A program made the translations under genes and the position numbers. Of a stretch of 24,000 nucleotides of DNA, positions 23,539 through 24,000 are shown in pieces. The DNA is from Rhizobium sp. Q54 (GTDB lineage Bacteria > Pseudomonadota > Alphaproteobacteria > SHVV01), in NCBI GenBank assembly GCA_945903685.1, contig CAMDOQ010000007.1:7263-31262 (forward strand), written 5' to 3'. Positions within the stretch are counted from its first letter, which is position 1. Each line of letters starts with the position of its first letter. The notes under the pieces are model-generated. The model was not told the DNA's origin. It ran no database searches and was given only the letters and a program-made list of their open reading frames with translations.

Positions 23539-24000
23539 TCAGCCGCGACCCAAAGCGCTGCGCGCTTGGGCGACGATTGCCGCAGCGGTGATGCCGAAGT
23601 GGCGGTAAAGCTCTTCGTAGGGCGCAGAAGCGCCGAACCCGTTCATGCCGACAAAGCCGCCCTCGCTGCCGATCAAGCGGTCCCAGCCGAAGCGCACCGC
23701 GGCCTCGACCGCGACCTTGACCGTTCCCGGTCCGAGCGTCGCGGTCCGGTACGCCGCATCTTGGCCGAGGAAGAGCTCCTGGCACGGGACCGATACGACC
23801 CGGGTCGGAACGCCTTCCTGCTCGAGCTCGGCGCGCGCCGCCATCGCCAGCGCGACTTCGGACCCGGTTGCCAGCAGGGTGACACGGGCGGCGGCGCTCG
23901 CGGCCGCGAGCTCGTAGGCGCCCTTGGCCGAGCGGTTGTCGCGCGTCGCGTCGGATCGGAGCAACGGCACGTTCTGGCGGGTCAGCGCCAGCACCGCCGG
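23539..24000 (-). CDS. tkt: Transketolase, C-terminal part (the gene continues beyond the window end)
   Basis: The frame is open to base 24000. ...LALTRQNVP......GAYEL........VTLLATGSEV..A..A...L..EG...RVVS.PC.ELF..QD..YR...L......VAVEA....GW.R......G..VGM..FGASAP...LY..FGIT is the transketolase C-terminal domain. The track's GTG 'start' at 23994 is internal. Confidence 0.9.
   Translation of the reverse strand, partial: PAVLALTRQNVPLLRSDATRDNRSAKGAYELAAASAAARVTLLATGSEVALAMAARAELEQEGVPTRVVSVPCQELFLGQDAAYRTATLGPGTVKVAVEAAVRFGWDRLIGSEGGFVGMNGFGASAPYEELYRHFGITAAAIVAQARSALGRG

Noticed and set aside
1-24000. Scan for tRNA or rRNA genes, CRISPR repeats, IS or transposase or integrase genes, and toxin-antitoxin pairs.
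   Set aside because: I found no T-loop-like GGTTCGAATCC-type motifs outside coding frames, no regularly spaced direct repeats, and no ORF with transposase, integrase or TA-like sequence. The only repeats seen are the short 3'-end hairpin elements reported above.

Overview
Very GC-rich segment (by eye about two-thirds G+C). Gene content points to an alphaproteobacterial chromosome core: TrcR/DUF1013, DUF1192, DUF465, a COQ9-like protein, CyaY, a eukaryote-type class I aldolase and a tkt-gap cluster. I support about 27 coding regions, almost all housekeeping: purE, a small GGDEF cyclase, two divergently transcribed short-chain acyl-CoA synthetases (one PrpE-like), qor, metY, an alpha/beta hydrolase, rpmE, cyaY, an ABCB-type exporter, suhB, efp, a RidA-family gene, thiE, fba, gap and partial tkt. 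I saw no rRNA, tRNA, CRISPR array, transposase, integrase or phage gene, so this is not an obvious accessory island. The stretch most worth a second look is a minus-strand three-gene operon (17573 to 13709). It encodes a Pro-rich OmpA-like envelope protein, a MotA/TolQ/ExbB-like channel subunit with a long helical C-terminal tail, and a MotB-like subunit with a roughly 245-aa coiled coil before its peptidoglycan-binding domain. It looks like an orphan Ton/Tol/Mot-type ion-driven envelope machine that I cannot assign to a characterised system. Secondary observations: a small family of 'C-rich box + GC hairpin' elements at convergent gene ends, a 5'-truncated class III nucleotidyl cyclase remnant beside the RidA gene, a tkt-gap-X-fba-thiE cluster with an orphan ORF where pgk usually sits, and a palindrome between the two acyl-CoA synthetase genes. 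Many long ORFs in the supplied track are antisense or out-of-frame shadows typical of high-GC DNA. All family assignments come from motif recognition and recall; no searches were run.
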